In this document: piece after piece, positions 61,400-64,000 of the stretch
Layout: each line of letters opens with the position of its first letter
Numbering within the stretch: position 1 is the first letter of the stretch
Assembly (NCBI GenBank): GCA_002269645.1
Contig: NIVC01002792.1
Location: 62,001 to 126,000, forward strand
Length of the DNA stretch: 64,000 bases
Direction: 5' to 3'
Source: Macrostomum lignano
Lineage: Eukaryota
Made by a program: the position numbers and the translations under genes
The notes under the pieces: generated by a model
Databases searched by the model: none
What the model saw: the letters and a program-made list of their open reading frames with translations, nothing else
Told to the model about the DNA's origin: nothing

Positions 61400-63850
61400 A
61401 AACTATGAGGATGGACGAGACAAAGCGGCATTTGGCGAGCAAGAGGCGGCATCCGCGCAAAGAAGCAGAAAAAGGGGTGCAAGCGAACTCCTAAGCCCAA
61501 GAAAGGATAAGACAGTTCGTCCGAGAAGAGAGGGAACATTACAAATGCTGGGACACCATCTGACCAACCGCCCGACGCTTGCGGGCCTCAGAGGCACAGT
61601 CACTGAAGTAGCGCCCCACACAGTCAGAGCGCCAGTCACCCAGGGCCATGGTGTCAGGCAGAGCCACCCCCGGAGAAGGCGACCGGGATGAAACCGCAGT
61701 TCCAGTGCCTGACGCAGAAGCGAGATCAGCAGACGAGGCTTCAAACGCTGCCTCTGCGAGCCCACGCGGTAGGAGAACAGCGGGGCGGTGGCGCCGATGC
61801 GATTCTGGCGCAGGTGGCGCGACACAGCACTGACAGGGCAATAGGCAGCGCCGGCCAGACAAAGCAGCTGCACCGTGTGGACACGCTGGCCGAATTGGTT
61901 GGTCTTGGACCGCTGCAGCTGCAGCACCAGCCCGGAGCCGGAGCTGGATAGATGGCCAGAGCGCAGCTCCAGACCGGCAGCAGGTCGCCGACTCGGATCA
62001 GCCACCGCCGGCGCCAGGCCACCAGCAAGGCGGCGCAGAATGCAGACCACAGATTCGGGACAAAGCCGCGATGGGCCGCAGGGTCGTTCACCAGCCGCCG
62101 CAGGTGGTCAGGCTCGAGCGCAGTCGCCTGCTTGGTCCGAAGCCCCAGGAAGAGCCGAGCGCCCCTCGCAAGGAACTGCAGCCGTGCCGCCTCTCGAGCT
62201 AGGTCTGGCGAGCCGGCCAGCTGGTGGAGCACCGAGACGGAATTGATGATGGACCGCTGGGCTAAGAAGGCGTTGATCCGTGATTGCACCAGGTGAACCA
62301 ACGTACTGACACAGGTCGCTCTCGCTGGCGGTGGTCGGACCGATGCCCGCCCGATCACAGAACGCATGCCAGGCCTTGAATTGGCAACGGCAGGATCTCC
62401 AGGAGCTGTCTGCGAGAGCAAGGCGGCAGCGGAGACTGCTTTCTGGGGCGGCCCGTCCCGAGAGCGGAGGCGACCTGAAAGCGGAGGGCGGAGTGAGAAG
62501 ACACCGAGAGCGCGTGCATGGAAAAATTTGTCAGGCAAAAGGCAGATATGACCGTAAAAACAAAAGCAAAAGTTAAGCAATCCAGCACGAGAGCCAAGCA
62601 TATGAGACGCGGCGTCACGTCTCATATTTTTATAATTTTCATAAGTCCTGGCAGGTGATAAGCCTCAATACAAAGAGGTTGGGATGACTGCAGAACAAGT
62701 GATTAACCATGCTAACAGCGGCGGTACTATTAGACCAGAATCGAGCCAAACTTCGAAACCGTCAACAGTAGAGTCATGGCTTCCTTGAAGTTAATGTGTA
62801 AATTCATTAACTGGCCATCAAAGTCTCTCTCCCAATGGATTTAGACCCAGTCAGAGACGGTTGAGGTCCTCAGAATGCCTGCCGCACCTTCGGTGCAGCT
62901 GTCAGACTCAATCGCTGCAAGCTCTGGTACGAGCGTAGTTTGGCCAGAGACTACTAAGCGGCAACCAGGCCAGCGCTTTCTGCCATCAATCTAGGTGCAT
63001 TTTCAGCTCAGACCTAAGCACAATTGGAGCCTTGTAGTCATAATCCATTGAGGTGATCACCTTCATGAAGGAAATGCCGCAGCTGACAATTTATTTGACA
63101 CAGCCAACCGAGCTTCCTCGACAGCTTCTGCATGCGACCGCAGTCCCTCAGTAGGTTGTCGATCTCACTGGCTTTGACAGCAGGAAGGCTCATCGTACCC
63201 TTGCGTGTATCGATGCCTATTCCCAGAAAAGCCAGCTGTTGCACAGGTTGAGTCGACTCAACCTGTTAATAGTAAGTTAAAAACTCCAGTTAATAGTAAG
63301 TCCCAGCGGCTGCAGCAGATTAGTCAGAAAAATCATAGGCCCGCCGGGCCCCGCTCTCCGAGTCAACTGCCATTGTCAAATCGTCCAGGTAGTTGACGGT
63401 GGTGTGAAAACCGCACCGCACCATGTAGCGCTTCACCGCTGATGAGAGCCGATGAAAAATCTCACAGGAGGCGCACGAACCGAAAGGCAGCCTGGTGTCG
63501 AACATCGCAGTCTCGCAGTCCTGACCGTGAAAGCGCCACTTCAAGCCAGAAAGACGATGGTCATTGGGACTGATGGCGACGGACCTGTAGGCATCTTTCA
63601 GATCCATTTTGGCCATGTAGGAACCGGGCTTTAAATGCTTTTTGAATTCTCGAACAGAGCCAAAACGGATGCCTATTTCCTGCTGATAGTAGTCATTAAC
63701 AGAGTCGCCGAGCGGAGCAGACAGATCGTGAATGAGGCGGACTTTCCCGTTGGATTCAGGCAAGGACTCAATGGGGTTTACTTTCACAGGCTCCTTGGGT
63801 AACGGTGTAGCGGCCCGCTGAGCTTTCACCTTGGCGGCATTCTGGCTAGA
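61400..63850 (-). mobile_element. Decayed DIRS-order (Ngaro-like) tyrosine-recombinase retrotransposon: RT, RNase H, YR
   Basis: RT 63829-63320: KVRLIHDLSAP.GDSVND, MAKMDLKDAYR, LPFG, YLDD; then FLGIGIDT. RNase H remnant at about 62950-62700: LHINFKEAM, NSTAAVSMVN. YR at about 62420-61540: KAWHAFC, RSKTNQFG, CPVSAV, LGDWRSDCVGRY. Frameshifted. Confidence 0.9.
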
Positions 63851-64000
63851 ATATTTAGTTATCTCTCAGAGCAGTAATATTAGGTTGCTTATCTTTAACC
63901 AAACGAAAGCCATGAACGATACCATTCATCAAATACTGCTTGTCTGGGTCGTAATTCAGCAGCTTCTCCCAAGCGAAGCCTTCAAATCTCCAGCAGAGGA

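Overview
Eukaryotic (animal) genomic DNA, very rich in tandem repeats, with GC-rich exons and GT-AG introns. The style resembles a flatworm such as Macrostomum, but that is inference only. Three protein-coding genes can be reconstructed by hand with consistent reading frames. (1) A 4-exon Shc-family PTB+SH2 adaptor (+, 23663-35741) with a probable GC-AG first intron and no Grb2-type YxN motif in this model. (2) An 8-exon, divergent Gs/Gf-like G-protein alpha subunit (+, 41032-51969). (3) A 2-exon DEG/ENaC channel gene nested antisense in intron 3 of the G-alpha gene (-, 47278-49137), with a truncated, frameshifted second copy at 58471-59097. A candidate low-complexity minus-strand gene lies at about 5.5-17.6 kb. 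Mobile DNA includes two tRNA-headed SINE families (one CORE-like), two MITEs with 8-bp target-site duplications, an internally deleted piggyBac, decayed Ty3/Gypsy elements and a decayed DIRS/Ngaro-like tyrosine-recombinase retrotransposon. A ~70-nt hairpin with conserved stems and a variable loop recurs six times in Shc introns. No CRISPR array, rRNA or bona fide tRNA gene was found. Most long ORFs in the track are translation artefacts of micro- and minisatellites.
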